In this document: positions 61,765-64,000 of the stretch, in pieces
How the letters are laid out: each line of letters begins with the position of its first letter
How positions within the stretch are numbered: the first letter of the stretch is position 1
NCBI GenBank assembly: GCA_963765205.1
Contig: CAVXVB010000008.1
Span: 443,049-507,048, forward strand
Direction of reading: 5' to 3'
DNA: 64,000 nucleotides
Origin: an uncultured Verrucomicrobiae bacterium
GTDB lineage: Bacteria > Verrucomicrobiota > Verrucomicrobiia > Opitutales > JABDGR01
Position numbers and translations under genes: made by a program
Notes under the pieces: generated by a model
The model's input: only the letters and a program-made list of their open reading frames with translations
Told to the model about the DNA's origin: nothing
Databases searched by the model: none

Positions 61765-62918
61765 CGGCCCAATTGACGGAAGCCCAGCAAATCCTGGTGC
61801 AACGCGCACATGAGTTTGCCGAGGAATTTCTCAAGCCGATCGCAGCGGAACTGGATCGCGGTCAGGTCTTCCCCAAAGCGCTGATCGGACAACTCGCGGC
61901 ACAGGATTTCCTCGGCCTTGTGGTGCCGGAACCGTCCGGTGTGGCGGGCGCTGGCTTCGTCAGTCATGTGGAGGTCGTTCAGGCATTGTCGCGATCCTGT
62001 CCGGCCATCGCTTCCATCATCAACAATCACGCGCTGTGTGTCTACGCCATTGCACATTGGGGCAGCGCGGCACAGAAAGAGCGGTATCTGCCAGCGCTGA
62101 TCAAAGGCGAAAAGCTTGGTACGGTTGCCATCCAGGAGGCGGGTCCAAGCCTCGGAAATGGTCCTGACGCGCTTTTGGCCACGCGTCAGGGAGGTGGATT
62201 TAACCTCAATGGACGCAAGGCTTTTGTGCGCAACGCCGGTGCGGCCGATGTCTATCTCACATTCGCCACGATCCAGCCGGATGCCGAAAGCAACGGAGTG
62301 ACTGGATTTATCGTGGATGCCGGGACGGATGGATTGACCGTGGGCCCCAGGCTGGAAACCATGGGGCTCAGGGCCTGTCCGGTCGCCGATCTGAGCTTTA
62401 AGAACGTTCTGGTGACCGAAGGCAGCGTCATGGGCACGGAAAACTGCGGATCGGTCGTCGCCACCCAGGTGCTTTCCGTCAGCGCCGTGGCTGAGGCAGC
62501 GCAGACCGTGGGTATTGCCGGGGCGGCGGTTTCACATGCTGCCGACTATGCCCGGCATCGGGTGCAGTTCCGCCACCCGATCGCGAGACTACAGGCGATC
62601 CAGACACTGCTGGCAGAGATCGTTGCTGACAGCCACATGGCCTGGCTCGGTGTACAACATGCCGCGCGCCTGATCGACGACGACGCGCCATTTGAACCTG
62701 AAGCGGCGATGGTGAAGATGTTCGTCGGCCGTCTCGGCTCGAAGATGCTGGTCGACGCGATCCAGATCGAAGGTGGCATGGGGATATGTGAAGTCGTCCC
62801 CAAGCATATCGGCGGGACTCTGCCGCTGGCACGGATGTTCCGCGACATCGCCGGAACCACCCTGCTGGATGCGCCCGATGACTTCCCGGACAGGCTTATC
62901 GCCGCGCGTATCGCCTGA
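61761..62918 (+). CDS. Acyl-CoA dehydrogenase-like subunit lacking the YEG motif
   Basis: ACAD-fold motifs RVQF..PI..LQ and QIEGGMG; LLDAP in place of IYEGT; ATGA overlap. Confidence 0.85.
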   Translation: MTAQLTEAQQILVQRAHEFAEEFLKPIAAELDRGQVFPKALIGQLAAQDFLGLVVPEPSGVAGAGFVSHVEVVQALSRSCPAIASIINNHALCVYAIAHWGSAAQKERYLPALIKGEKLGTVAIQEAGPSLGNGPDALLATRQGGGFNLNGRKAFVRNAGAADVYLTFATIQPDAESNGVTGFIVDAGTDGLTVGPRLETMGLRACPVADLSFKNVLVTEGSVMGTENCGSVVATQVLSVSAVAEAAQTVGIAGAAVSHAADYARHRVQFRHPIARLQAIQTLLAEIVADSHMAWLGVQHAARLIDDDAPFEPEAAMVKMFVGRLGSKMLVDAIQIEGGMGICEVVPKHIGGTLPLARMFRDIAGTTLLDAPDDFPDRLIAARIA

Positions 62919-62991
62919 TCCTCGGAGACCTGCCGGTGACGGGAAGGCCAGGCGGCGCCGGTCGCGGAAATGAAGCAACAAGAACAGGAAA

Positions 62992-63435
62992 ATGAATATG
63001 TCTGCCGCTGTCAAAACAACCTCGGCCGCCGATTTTGTTGTCGGTCAAACCTGCACCTACGAGCAGCTTGTCGATGACAAACTGGTTCGCGGCTACGCGG
63101 ATCTGACCGGCGATCACAACAAAATCCATGTCGACGACGCCTTCGCTAAAGGACGAAATTTGGCCAGCGGATCGCGCATGGCGGAATCATGTTCGGCATG
63201 ATCTCCAAGAACTCGGCGGCCAGATGCCTGGTCTGGGAACGGTCTTTCTCAATCAGTTGGTAAATTTCCACGCGCCTGTGTTCATCAACGACACCGTCAC
63301 CCTTGAACTGACGATTACCGCCTTGCTTCCAAAGCATGTCGCCAGGATCGGTTGTGTCATGAAGAAGCAGACCGGCGAGGTGGTCGTGGACGGAATCCCA
63401 CGGTCAAGCTGCCCGGCCGGCTGATGAAGACCTGA
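62992..63435 (+). CDS. MaoC/PhaJ-family (R)-enoyl-CoA hydratase (apparent frameshifts)
   Basis: LTGDHNKIHVD; RIAHGG in a shifted frame; MPGLGTVFLNQ..F.APVFINDT. Confidence 0.8.
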
Positions 63436-64000
63436 TACCAGTGGCCGTGGAGGTCGACTCCTGGTGGGGGCTTCCCTTCCCGGGCGATCTCCAATCGATG
63501 CGCGCTGGTGTCGATTTGTGGAGTTGGCGATGGGAGCGGTGGCGATCACCCGGACGGATTTGTCGGCGGCGGAACTGCGCGCCAGCGCGGCGCAGATGAA
63601 GGATGCGCAGCCCGGCGCGCCGCGCATTGGCGATCGCGGCGGTGCTTGAAGGAGCGTCGCGCGAAGACGCAGCGCGGTCGATGGGAATGGACCGTCAGAC
63701 GCTGCGGGACTGGGTGCACCGCTGTAACGACAACGGCCTTGACGGGCTGTGCGATCTTCAGGCGCCGGGCCGGGACCCGGCGTTGACGCAGGCCCAGGAA
63801 CAAGAGCTGATCCGATGGGTTGAGGCTGGCTCCGATCTGGAGCGGGACGGGGTGGTCCGCTGGCGGCGTGTGGACTTGCGGGATCGCATTCTGCGCGAGT
63901 TCGGCGTTGGCATACACGAGCGGACCGTCGGCAAGCTGCTGGATAGAATGACTACTGCCGCCTCACCGTGCGCCCACAGCATCCCAAATCTGACCCTGTG
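63436..64000 (+). mobile_element. IS630-family element, partial, transposase frameshifted (ORF from 63529)
   Basis: TA-initiated end; MGAVAITRTDLSAAELR, MDRQTLRDWVHR, DGVVRWRRVDL, RPQHPK. Confidence 0.8.

Overview
The window has two distinct halves that meet abruptly at about 43,731. LEFT (1-43.7 kb) looks like Verrucomicrobia (Opitutae-like), inferred from TIGR02597, PEP-CTERM, WAxxDPxAA repeat proteins and 7-10 nt tandem or palindromic repeats. It holds a complete 3,025-bp IS1595-family transporter IS (23-bp IRs, 8-bp TSD). Its cargo includes RHH, wHTH and DUF6941-like genes, a structured leader and a tRNA gene with a tRNA-Leu-type body but a Pro (UGG) anticodon, which is the best candidate for a novel system. 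It also holds hopanoid genes (shc, hpnG, hpnH), two with in-frame heptamer-repeat insertions, plus an ECF sigma locus, a RelE-like TA pair, araBAD, a large secreted metalloprotease-like protein, tandem paralog pairs and a pectin/rhamnogalacturonan locus. RIGHT (43.7-64 kb) looks like Alphaproteobacteria plasmid or island DNA. It has a truncated Tn3 tnpA and resolvase, a TG..CA MITE with a 5-bp TSD in the res region, a truncated group II intron with intact EBS1-IBS1 pairing, and an Isp-type (group 1e) [NiFe]-hydrogenase operon. Further right are UPF0182, a Tn3-derived MITE, entericidin, a CoA-transferase / heteromeric acyl-CoA dehydrogenase / MaoC operon and a partial IS630. About ten single frameshifts suggest long-read indel errors, and the central junction may be an assembly chimera.
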